Part shown: in pieces, positions 16,431 to 24,773 of the stretch
Position numbering within the stretch: the stretch's first letter is position 1
How the letters are laid out: each line of letters starts with the position of its first letter
Position numbers and translations under genes: made by a program
Source of the DNA: Bacteroidota bacterium
Lineage (GTDB): Bacteria > Bacteroidota > Ignavibacteria > UBA10030 > F1-140-MAGs086
Assembly: GCA_005792205.1 (NCBI GenBank)
Contig: SXSO01000138.1
Coordinates: 1 to 36,575, forward strand
Reading direction: 5' to 3'
Length of the DNA: 36,575 nt
Notes under the pieces: generated by a model
What the model saw: only the letters and a program-made list of their open reading frames with translations
Told to the model about the DNA's origin: nothing
The model's database searches: none

Positions 16431-16891
16431 ATATAAAAATTCGTAAAGCAACAGAAACCGATTTAAATTGTATTTACACATTTAATAAAAATATAGCATT
16501 TGAAACTGAACACATTTTTTTGGATGATGAAAAAATACAAAATGGTGTAATAAATCTTTTGAAAAATCCTTCATATGGATATTATATTGTTGCTGAAATT
16601 GAAAACAAAATTGTTGGGCAACTTATGATAACTTTTGAATGGAGTGATTGGAGAAACGGACTTTTTCTTTGGATTCAAAGTGTTTATGTTTTGCCGGAAT
16701 TCCGCAATAAAGGAATTTACCGTACATTATATAATTATGTTTTAACTAATGCGAAGAGTAATAAAAATGTTTGTGGAATAAGATTGTATGTAGAAAAAAA
16801 TAATAAAACAGCTCGATCCGTTTATAATAAACTTGGAATGAACGAAGCGGAGTACGCTATGTATGAAACAGATTTCGTAATAAAACGATGA
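16427..16891 (+). CDS. GNAT family N-acetyltransferase
   Basis: EWSDWRNG..WIQSVYVLPEFRNKGIY; RLYVEKNNKTARSVYNKLGM. Confidence 0.9.
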   Translation: MNIKIRKATETDLNCIYTFNKNIAFETEHIFLDDEKIQNGVINLLKNPSYGYYIVAEIENKIVGQLMITFEWSDWRNGLFLWIQSVYVLPEFRNKGIYRTLYNYVLTNAKSNKNVCGIRLYVEKNNKTARSVYNKLGMNEAEYAMYETDFVIKR

Positions 16892-17331
16892 TGGAAAAAA
16901 ATATTTTCAAATTTTGTTCGCAAATTGGTGTTCGCAATTACGAAGTTGATTGGCAAGGAATTGTGCATAATGCAAATTACTTATTGTATTTTGAAGTTGG
17001 AAGAATTGAGTATTTAAAAAATTTGAAAATACAAATTGATTTAAAATCAATTCAAACAAATTCAAAAATTGTGCTTGTGAGAAATGAAATCAACCATCTA
17101 ATGCCTGCAAAATTTGATGAAACATTAAATATTTACACACGAATTTCCGAAATTAGAAATAGTAGTTTTGTGTTTGAAGGAATTTTAGAAGAAAAAAATT
17201 CAAAACGAATTATTGCAGAAAATGTTGCTTATCATGTTTGGTTGAATCCAAAAAATAATAAATCAAAACGTGTTTCAAATAGTTTTAGAAAAATTGTAAA
17301 AGAGTTTGAAAAAGAGAATTTGAAAATATAA
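16888..17331 (+). CDS. Acyl-CoA thioesterase (YbgC/FadM hot-dog family)
   Basis: VRNYEVDWQGIVHNANYLLYFEVGR. Confidence 0.9.
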   Translation: MMEKNIFKFCSQIGVRNYEVDWQGIVHNANYLLYFEVGRIEYLKNLKIQIDLKSIQTNSKIVLVRNEINHLMPAKFDETLNIYTRISEIRNSSFVFEGILEEKNSKRIIAENVAYHVWLNPKNNKSKRVSNSFRKIVKEFEKENLKI

Positions 17332-18252
17332 TTAAAAGTTTTTTCCCAAAATATTTTTTAATAAAACCCCATAACGCAAACCACAAGTTGAAACAATTAT
17401 TTTTTCCCAATTAAAAAATTTCATCACTTCGTAGAGTATTAAAACCCCTGAAAATATTATATCTTCTCGCCCTTTTGTAATTGTTGATAAATTTAAAATT
17501 TCTTTGTGATGCATTATTTTTAGTTTTTCAAAAAAAAACGTTACATCAGAAAAATTTAAATTTGTGTTGTGAATTTCTCTTTCATCAAAAAATAAAATTT
17601 TTTGTTTTAATCCCGCAACAGTTGTAACAGTTCCAGCAACTCCAATTGCAATTGAATTTGAAATCGAATTCTTATCAAACTTTTGCAATTCATTTTGAAT
17701 AAATTTTCTTGCATTTTCTATTTCAAAATTCTTTGGAATTTCATTTTCAAAAAATTTTTCTTTCAATCTCACAGCACCAACATCAATTGATTTTGCAATT
17801 AAATTTTTTTCAACCAAAGTTGTAATTTCTGTACTTCCTCCACCGATGTCAAAAACAGAAATTTTATTTTTATTTTCCAAATTCAAATTGTGAAGTGCTC
17901 CAATGAATGTGAGTTTCGCTTCGTTGTCACCGCTTAAAACTTCAATTTCCAAATCGGTTTCTGTTTTTATAAAATTTAAAATTTCAATTTTAATTTTTGT
18001 ATCACGAAATGAACTTGTTGCAACAACAAAAATTTTTTCAACACAAAAATTTGAAATGATTGATTTATATTCAATCAAAACATTTTTCAATTTTTCCTGT
18101 GATATTTTTGAAATCAAATTTGTTTTATCAACATTTTCTCCGCTTCTTGGAAAACGAATTGCATTGAAAAGTGAAACCAAAGAATTATTTTGAATCTCGG
18201 CAATAAGCAGTAAACATGTGTTTGTCCCGATGTCAATTGAGGCAACTCTCAT
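17332..18252 (-). CDS. ppx: Ppx/GppA family phosphatase (short form)
   Basis: ASIDIGTNT, VATSSFR, LSGDNEA, DIGGGSTE, GLRYG. Confidence 0.92.
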   Translation of the reverse strand: MRVASIDIGTNTCLLLIAEIQNNSLVSLFNAIRFPRSGENVDKTNLISKISQEKLKNVLIEYKSIISNFCVEKIFVVATSSFRDTKIKIEILNFIKTETDLEIEVLSGDNEAKLTFIGALHNLNLENKNKISVFDIGGGSTEITTLVEKNLIAKSIDVGAVRLKEKFFENEIPKNFEIENARKFIQNELQKFDKNSISNSIAIGVAGTVTTVAGLKQKILFFDEREIHNTNLNFSDVTFFFEKLKIMHHKEILNLSTITKGREDIIFSGVLILYEVMKFFNWEKIIVSTCGLRYGVLLKNILGKNF

Positions 18253-18360
18253 AAAAAAATTGAGTATAAAAATAAGAAAGTTTTATTGAAAGAATTTGTT
18301 TTAACACATTTAAACTCGTAAAAATAAATAATTATTTTTCTTTTATTGAATTTATTTTGA

Positions 18361-18540
18361 AAAATTTTGGTGTGTTTTTTCCCAAAAGAAGAGTGTTTTT
18401 CTTCGTCAAAATGGTTTACTTTTGACCGAAATGATGATATTTTTGCAAAAATACATTCTATTTTTGGAAAAATATCATCATTTCGGTCACAAACATAGTA
18501 TTCCGAATCAATAGATTAAACAGGAAAAAATTTCCTCTTT
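18361..18540 (+). repeat. Intergenic modular repeat, copy R4, with a near-perfect 67-bp palindrome
   Basis: Homologous to R2 from GGTGTGTTTTTT through TCGGTCA and ATCAATAGATTAAACAGGAAAAAATTTCCTCTTT. Arms 18423-18453 and 18459-18489 are complementary at 30 of 31 positions. Confidence 0.9.
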
Positions 18541-18551
18541 AAAACAAAAAT

Positions 18552-18587
18552 AAAAAAGGGACACAAAAAAACTTTGTATCCCATTTT
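18552..18587 (-). terminator. Rho-independent terminator after T9SS cargo gene, copy 3
   Basis: Reverse complement of the same GGGATACAAA..TTTGTGTCCC hairpin, preceded by AGTCGTTATCGTCGTTAAAAGAAAAT. Confidence 0.8.
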
Positions 18588-18614
18588 CTTTTAACGACGA
18601 TAACGACTAAAAAT

Positions 18615-21131
18615 TTATTTTACTAAAATCATTTTCTTCATTTCAGAAAAATTATTTGTCGTCAATTTGTAAAAATAAATTCCACTGTTTAAATTTGTTG
18701 CATCAAAATCAATTTCGTAAAATCCACTTTCCATTTCTTCATTATTTATTAGTGTAGAAATTTCACGTCCAAGAACATCATAAATTTTTAACGACACATT
18801 TTCAACATCAACTAACGAAAATAAAATCGTTGTCTTCGGATTAAATGGATTTGGATAATTTTGTTGCAAAGAAAATTTCGTCGGTGAAAAATTTTCTGCA
18901 TCAAGAAAATCTTCGTTTAAATTTTTCCCTGAATTATCTTTTACAATTGGAACATCAATTGAAGGATATGCAACTCCATCAAGTGTTACTGCATAAGATT
19001 TTTTCAAATTTAAAACAGCATTTTGATCAACAGTATAGTTTGATGTATCAAATGTTGCACTGAATCCTTCATTTATTCTTCGCAAAATATTTTCAGAAAA
19101 TGAATACAAATTTTTATACGCATCTGAATTTGTTACACTATTCAAAGACCAAAATGTTGCAAGTGAATCCATATAGTTTGCAATTTGTTTTAAAGATAAT
19201 CCATAAATATCTCGTCCCATAAACGTAAATGAAGTATCTAAAATTAGATCTTCAAATCCATTTGGTGTAACAAAAACTTTACTTGCAGCAATGTTAAGTT
19301 TAAACAACATTCCTTGTTCCAAAAATTTATTATTGTAGTTATCGCGTTTTGGTTTTATTGCTTTAGCAAGTTTTTTTCCCGTAGATTTTCCTGTTGAAAC
19401 ATTTCTCACATAATCAAGTGGGAATGATGTGTCAGAAATTGTGTGAGAAGAAGTATAAAGTTTTCCTAAATCAGTTGATTTTTTAAATTCAATCCACGCA
19501 ATTGTTTTTGCTAAAGTTGTATTTGTTGTACTTACACCAAATACAACTGCACTTCCTTTTGGTGTTTGTGATTGAAATACGTTTTCAACTGCTGTAACAA
19601 GATTGGGAGCAGTTTTAAATGTAACTTTATCTTTGTTGTAAACAATTTTTTTTAATTTATCTGAAAGAGAAATTTCAGATTTGAATGTTCTATATTTTCC
19701 TGAAATGTTTTGTTCAAATCCATATTTTGCAATAAAAATATCATATGAACTATGTGAATTAGTTGTCATAACAGAATCAAATGTCATAACTTGACTATCA
19801 TAATATCCTGTTATGAAATAATTTCCATCGGTATCAACTGTTATACTTTGACCTTTATCTAAATCACCACCACCACCATTTTCAACTAATACAACATTTC
19901 CATTTGCATCATATTTTGCAATGAAAATATCTGATGATGTTGTAGATGTATTTGTAATTGTAATTGTACCAAAACTTGCTGATGTTCCTGAAAAATATCC
20001 CGTGATAAAACTATTTCCACTTCCGTCTACAAAAATATCCCAACCAAAATCATCACTTGTTCCTCCTGCACTTTTTACCCATTTAAAAATTCCATTTGCA
20101 TCATATTTTACAATAAAAATATCGCTTCCACTTCCTTGATGGTTTGTTACAGAACCACTTCCAAATTCAATTGAATTACTTTTGAAATATCCAACTGTAT
20201 AAACATTTCCATTGTCATCTACATCAAGTGAATATGTTTTATCTTCATCTCCACCAACTCCACTTTTTGCCCAAAGAACTTCTCCATCTGCATCAAACTT
20301 TGTAATGAAGACATCTGCATCTCCATCATTGGTTAAAGTTGCCGTTGTATCAAATGTAAGTGTTGAGCTATAAAAAAATCCAGAAATAAAACTATTTCCA
20401 CTGTTGTCAACTGTGATTCCACTTCCAACATCGTTATATTCTTCACCAAAACTTTTTGCCCACGTAATTTCACCATCAGCAGTTGAAAGTTTTGCAATAA
20501 AAATATCTCCACTTACAGTTGTATCACTATTATTAAACAAAGCAGAGTTTCCAAACGTAATTGTGTTACTATAAAAAACACCAGTGATATACACATTGTT
20601 ATTATCTGTTGCAATGTCTAAACTATAATCTGCGTTTTCATTTCCAAATCTTTTTGCCCATTCAACTTCACCATTAGCAGAAGAAAGTTTTGCAATAAAT
20701 ATATCTTCATTTCCTGCAGATGTTAAAGTTGTTGAGCCAAATTCAATAGCATTTTTAAAATATCCTGTAATATAAATATTTCCATTGTCATCAATATCTA
20801 TATTTTTACATTCATCTGTATTTGTTCCACCAAAACTTTTTGCCCAAACAACATTTCCACTTGAATTATATTTTACAACGAAAACATCTGCAAGTCCATT
20901 ACTTGTCAAAATTGTTGAACCAAAAGTTGTTATTTCCGAACTTTCAAAATATCCTGTAATATAAATGTTTCCATTGTTATCCGTAACAATACTTTGTCCA
21001 TAATCATTTCCATTTCCTCCAGAAGTTCTAGCAAATTGCCATTCAGGTGTTTGTGAAAAAGTTTCAGTAAAAAATGCAACACAAATTAAAATTGTTGCAA
21101 TAATATTTTTAGTTTTTAACGTAATGTTCAT
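18615..21131 (-). CDS. Secreted SBBP/beta-propeller repeat protein with unassigned conserved domain and T9SS CTD
   Basis: Signal peptide; about 7 repeats of D.G..I.vD..GN.YITGYF...DIFIAKY...G...WAKSFGG; YRTFKSE domain from aa 480; CTD FSLQQNYPNPFNP..KKMILVK. Confidence 0.9.
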   Translation of the reverse strand: MNITLKTKNIIATILICVAFFTETFSQTPEWQFARTSGGNGNDYGQSIVTDNNGNIYITGYFESSEITTFGSTILTSNGLADVFVVKYNSSGNVVWAKSFGGTNTDECKNIDIDDNGNIYITGYFKNAIEFGSTTLTSAGNEDIFIAKLSSANGEVEWAKRFGNENADYSLDIATDNNNVYITGVFYSNTITFGNSALFNNSDTTVSGDIFIAKLSTADGEITWAKSFGEEYNDVGSGITVDNSGNSFISGFFYSSTLTFDTTATLTNDGDADVFITKFDADGEVLWAKSGVGGDEDKTYSLDVDDNGNVYTVGYFKSNSIEFGSGSVTNHQGSGSDIFIVKYDANGIFKWVKSAGGTSDDFGWDIFVDGSGNSFITGYFSGTSASFGTITITNTSTTSSDIFIAKYDANGNVVLVENGGGGDLDKGQSITVDTDGNYFITGYYDSQVMTFDSVMTTNSHSSYDIFIAKYGFEQNISGKYRTFKSEISLSDKLKKIVYNKDKVTFKTAPNLVTAVENVFQSQTPKGSAVVFGVSTTNTTLAKTIAWIEFKKSTDLGKLYTSSHTISDTSFPLDYVRNVSTGKSTGKKLAKAIKPKRDNYNNKFLEQGMLFKLNIAASKVFVTPNGFEDLILDTSFTFMGRDIYGLSLKQIANYMDSLATFWSLNSVTNSDAYKNLYSFSENILRRINEGFSATFDTSNYTVDQNAVLNLKKSYAVTLDGVAYPSIDVPIVKDNSGKNLNEDFLDAENFSPTKFSLQQNYPNPFNPKTTILFSLVDVENVSLKIYDVLGREISTLINNEEMESGFYEIDFDATNLNSGIYFYKLTTNNFSEMKKMILVK

Positions 21132-21280
21132 AATCGTTTATGTTTTTGTGAATAAAATTTCTTTGAAGAAGTTAAAAAAAATTATTTATTTACAAAAATT
21201 TTAAATTGGTTTATGTTAAAAAACATGTTTTTTTAAGAGAAATAAATGTGTAGAAAAAGAAATTGGTTTTAAAAAAATAT

Positions 21281-22123
21281 CTAATCAATTTTTTCCAAAC
21301 AAAATGCAATCCATTCATTTTCTTCAATTTGTTCAATTATGTTGAGTGAATGTTTTTCAAACTGAGAAACTAAATTTTCATATTCAGTTTTGAGTAATCC
21401 TGAAAGCAAAATTTTTCCACCAGTTTTTGTTTTGAGTTTTATCTTGTTTAAAATTGGTAAAATCACAGACGATTGAATGTTTGCAATTATTAAGTCAAAA
21501 CTATTTTCCAAAACATCTTCAATTGTTCCCAAAGAAATTTGAACTTTATTTTCTACAAAGTTTTTTTCTACATTTTCATTTGCATTTTGAATTGACCACT
21601 CATCATTATCAATTGCAACACAACGTTTTGCACCAAGTTTAACTGCAACAATTGAAAGTATTCCACTTCCAGTTCCAATATCTAAAATAGAATTTTCTTT
21701 TTGTAAAAATTTTTCAATTAGTTTTGCAATTAGACGAGTTGTTTCGTGATGTCCAGTTCCAAATGACATTTTTGGATCTATAATAATTTCAATTTTATTT
21801 TTAATAGATAAATTTTTCCATGATGGTTTTACAATTATATTTTCAGTGATTTGAATTGGTTCAATTGAGTTTTCCCAAATATCATTCCAATTTTTATTTT
21901 CCAATTCTAAAATTTTAACTTTACTTTTTTCAATTTTAAATTCGTTTAATAACTCAAAAAATTCAATTTGAAAAATTTCATTCCAATCATTTTTTTCCAA
22001 ATAGCATTTCAAAAAAGTTTTGTCTTCCCAAAAGTTTTCAAATCCAATTGAAATTAATTTTGCAATTAAAATTTCATTTTCAAACGAAGCATTTTCAATT
22101 GAAATTTCTAAAAAAGTTTTCAC
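21281..22123 (-). CDS. prmA: Ribosomal protein L11 methyltransferase
   Basis: NWNDIW, IDPKMSFGTGHHETT, LDIGTGSGILS, LLSGLL. Confidence 0.96.
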   Translation of the reverse strand: MKTFLEISIENASFENEILIAKLISIGFENFWEDKTFLKCYLEKNDWNEIFQIEFFELLNEFKIEKSKVKILELENKNWNDIWENSIEPIQITENIIVKPSWKNLSIKNKIEIIIDPKMSFGTGHHETTRLIAKLIEKFLQKENSILDIGTGSGILSIVAVKLGAKRCVAIDNDEWSIQNANENVEKNFVENKVQISLGTIEDVLENSFDLIIANIQSSVILPILNKIKLKTKTGGKILLSGLLKTEYENLVSQFEKHSLNIIEQIEENEWIAFCLEKID

Positions 22124-23061
22124 TGTGTGTAAATTATTTTTAATATAACTTTTCCAATTTTTTCCAAACTTTCACCACTACAATTTTCTGGAATATCTTG
22201 TGTTGTGTGCCAAAATTTATTTGTTTCATCAGGATACTCAAAATCAATGATATCAACGGTAGGAATTCCAATTTCATTGAATGGAATGTGGTCATCTAAA
22301 AGAGCACTTCCTTCGTTAAATTCAAATTCATAAATTCCAATTTCGTTTGCGGTATTCCAAATTAAATCAACAATGTTTGGGGCAAAATAAATTGAATTTT
22401 TTTCTTTTAAAATTTTTAAGTTTTTATCTCCAACCATATCAAGTAAAATTCCAAATTGCGGTTTCGTTTTGAACAAAAAATTTTTTGCAAAATATTTTGA
22501 ACCAAGCAAATAATTTTCCGTTCCTTCTTTTCCAAAATCCTCTCCATCAACAAACAAAATATCAACACCACAATTTGGTTTTTGAATTTTTAAAATTTTT
22601 GCAATCTCCAACAAAACACTAACTCCACTTGCTCCATCATTTGCTCCAAGAATTGGTAAATTTTGTTTTTTTAAAATTTCATCTCTATCAGCAAATGGAC
22701 GTGTATCCCAATGTGCAATTAGAAGAATTCTGTTTTGTCTTTGAATTTCAAATTGCGCAAAGATATTTGTGAGATTTAAGTTTTGGGTTTCAATTTGTTG
22801 AGAAAAATTTTGAAGAATAACAGTATCAGCAAATTTTTTTAATTCGCTATGTAAAAAATTCAAACACAAATTATGCGATTGCGTATTTGGAACTCTTGGA
22901 CCAAATTTAGTTTGTGCAATTAAATAATTGAAAGAATTTTCTTTATTAAATATTGGAATTGAAATTTCTTTTTTGATGTCAATTTTATTTTCAGAAGTTT
23001 TTTTTTCACATGAAAAAAATAAAATTGACAAAAAGAAAATTATTATTTTAAAATTTTTCAT
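22120..23061 (-). CDS. M28 family metallopeptidase / glutaminyl cyclase-like lipoprotein
   Basis: Lipobox LFFSC; AHWDTRPFAD, GANDGASGV, DGED, LLDMVGD, DDHIPF, WHT. Start moved to the ATG at 23061 (MKNFKII). Confidence 0.88.
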   Translation of the reverse strand: MKNFKIIIFFLSILFFSCEKKTSENKIDIKKEISIPIFNKENSFNYLIAQTKFGPRVPNTQSHNLCLNFLHSELKKFADTVILQNFSQQIETQNLNLTNIFAQFEIQRQNRILLIAHWDTRPFADRDEILKKQNLPILGANDGASGVSVLLEIAKILKIQKPNCGVDILFVDGEDFGKEGTENYLLGSKYFAKNFLFKTKPQFGILLDMVGDKNLKILKEKNSIYFAPNIVDLIWNTANEIGIYEFEFNEGSALLDDHIPFNEIGIPTVDIIDFEYPDETNKFWHTTQDIPENCSGESLEKIGKVILKIIYTQ

Positions 23062-23914
23062 TTTCAAAAGCAGCACTAAATGTATTTTTCACCAACATTG
23101 CAATTGTCATTGGACCAACTCCTCCGGGAACAGGAGTTATTGCACTCACAATTTCTTTTACGTTTTCAAAATCAACATCTCCAACAATTTTTTTATCAGT
23201 TGTTCTATTTATTCCAACATCAATCACAACACAATTTTCTTTTACCATTTCTTTTGTAACAAAATTTTGTTTTCCAATTGCAGCAATTAAAATATTTGCT
23301 TCTTTTGTAAAACTGGAAATATTTTTTGTTCCTGTATGAATAATTGTAACTGTTGCGTTTCCACTATTTTTTTGAAGTAAAAGATTTGCAATTGGTTTTC
23401 CAACAATGTTACTTCGCCCAATAATTACAATATGTTTTCCACTTGTTTCAATTTGATAGCGAAGCAAAAGTTCATAAATTCCAAGTGGAGTACAAGGAAT
23501 AAAACATTTTTGTCCCAACACAAGTTTTCCAACATTTATTGGATGAAATCCATCTACATCTTTTTTGTAGTCAATTGCTTCAATGATTTTATTTTCGTCA
23601 ATATGTTTTGGAAGTGGAAGTTGAACAAGAATTCCATGAATACTTTTGTTACTATTGAATTTGTTGATTATGTTCAATAAATCCGATTCAGAAATTTTTT
23701 CATCAACTCTTTCTATAGCGGAATGAAACCCAAGTTCATTGCATATTTTTGCTTTTGAAGAAACATAAATTTGTGAAGCAGGATTATTTCCAATTAATAT
23801 AAGAGCAATTCCTGGAATTATATTTTTTTTTTTTTTTAAAATTTCAAATTCAATTTTTATTTCTTCTAAAATTTTTTTTGAAATCAATTTTCCATCTATA
23901 ATTTTTGCTGACAT
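23048..23914 (-). CDS. folD: Bifunctional methylenetetrahydrofolate dehydrogenase/cyclohydrolase
   Basis: HGILVQLPLP, KDVDGFHP, PCTP, GRSNIVGKP, ITPVPGGVGPMT. Confidence 0.98.
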   Translation of the reverse strand: MSAKIIDGKLISKKILEEIKIEFEILKKKKNIIPGIALILIGNNPASQIYVSSKAKICNELGFHSAIERVDEKISESDLLNIINKFNSNKSIHGILVQLPLPKHIDENKIIEAIDYKKDVDGFHPINVGKLVLGQKCFIPCTPLGIYELLLRYQIETSGKHIVIIGRSNIVGKPIANLLLQKNSGNATVTIIHTGTKNISSFTKEANILIAAIGKQNFVTKEMVKENCVVIDVGINRTTDKKIVGDVDFENVKEIVSAITPVPGGVGPMTIAMLVKNTFSAAFENEKF

Positions 23915-23917
23915 AAA

Positions 23918-24709
23918 TTAAAATTTTGGAAAAATTATTTGTTCAAACTTAATTGCTTTTCCTGTTTCTTTTTCAATTTGAATAAATGCTCCACAAAAGC
24001 GAACATCTTCACTTGCCATTTCATATTTATGTGGAGTTTGTGTGATAAATCTTTTTATTGCAATTTCTTTTTTCATTCCAAGGGAAGAATCATATGGACC
24101 AGTCATTCCAACATCAGTTATATATGCAGTTCCGTTTGGAAGAATTTTTCCATCAGCAGTTGGTGTGTGAGTGTGAGTTCCACAAACGGCACTTACTCTT
24201 CCATCTAAATACCAACCGAGAGATATTTTTTCAGCAGTTGCATCAGCATGAAAATCTACAAAAATAATTTTTGTTTCTTCCGATATTTTTGAAATTGCCC
24301 AATCAGCAACTTTAAATGGGCAATCAATTGGTGACATATAAATTCGTCCTTGTAGATTTAAAACACCAACTTTTACATTTTCGTTTACGTTAAAAATTGT
24401 GTATCCGTTTCCGGGATTTTCTTTTGGATAATTTAGAGGACGAAGCACATTTTTGTATTTCGCTAAAACTTTTCTGCTTTCCCAATTATCCCAAAGATGA
24501 TTTCCCGATGTTATCACATTTACGCCTAATTCAAAAAGATTTTTTGCATCATCCATTGAAATACCTTTTCCATTGGCAATATTTTCACCATTTGCAATGC
24601 AAATATCAATTTTGTATTCATCTAAAAATTTTCTCAAAAATTTTTCAATAATTTGATATCCAACTTTTCCAACAATGTCACCAATAAATAAAACATTTAC
24701 AAAATTCAT
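23918..24709 (-). CDS. ymdB: YmdB-like metallophosphoesterase (TIGR00282)
   Basis: FIGDIVG, ANGEN, TSGNH, RPLNYP, VDFHADATAEK, GTHTHTPTAD, TDVGMTGP. Confidence 0.93.
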   Translation of the reverse strand: MNFVNVLFIGDIVGKVGYQIIEKFLRKFLDEYKIDICIANGENIANGKGISMDDAKNLFELGVNVITSGNHLWDNWESRKVLAKYKNVLRPLNYPKENPGNGYTIFNVNENVKVGVLNLQGRIYMSPIDCPFKVADWAISKISEETKIIFVDFHADATAEKISLGWYLDGRVSAVCGTHTHTPTADGKILPNGTAYITDVGMTGPYDSSLGMKKEIAIKRFITQTPHKYEMASEDVRFCGAFIQIEKETGKAIKFEQIIFPKF

Positions 24710-24773
24710 TTACAAAATTATTTTTTAAATATAAAAATAAGTTCTTGTGTATATTTTAAAAATTTTTTTGAAA

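Noticed and set aside
19720-21050. DNA-level repeats in the propeller gene as a separate repeat element
   Set aside because: Explained by protein-level beta-propeller blade repeats.
23062-23076. Longest-ORF starts for M28 (23076), lpdA (36252), DUF2723 (24747) and GH8 (563)
   Set aside because: Nearby in-frame ATGs give more typical N-termini or signal peptides.
23822-23836. Long poly-T/A run in folD as a phase-variation tract or frameshift
   Set aside because: The frame is intact (LKKKKN), folD is a housekeeping gene, and homopolymers are common in this AT-rich DNA.
24710-24773. 6S RNA or tRNA near ymdB or in other intergenic gaps
   Set aside because: The gap is too short and AT-rich, and no cloverleaf or known ncRNA pattern was recognised anywhere in the window.
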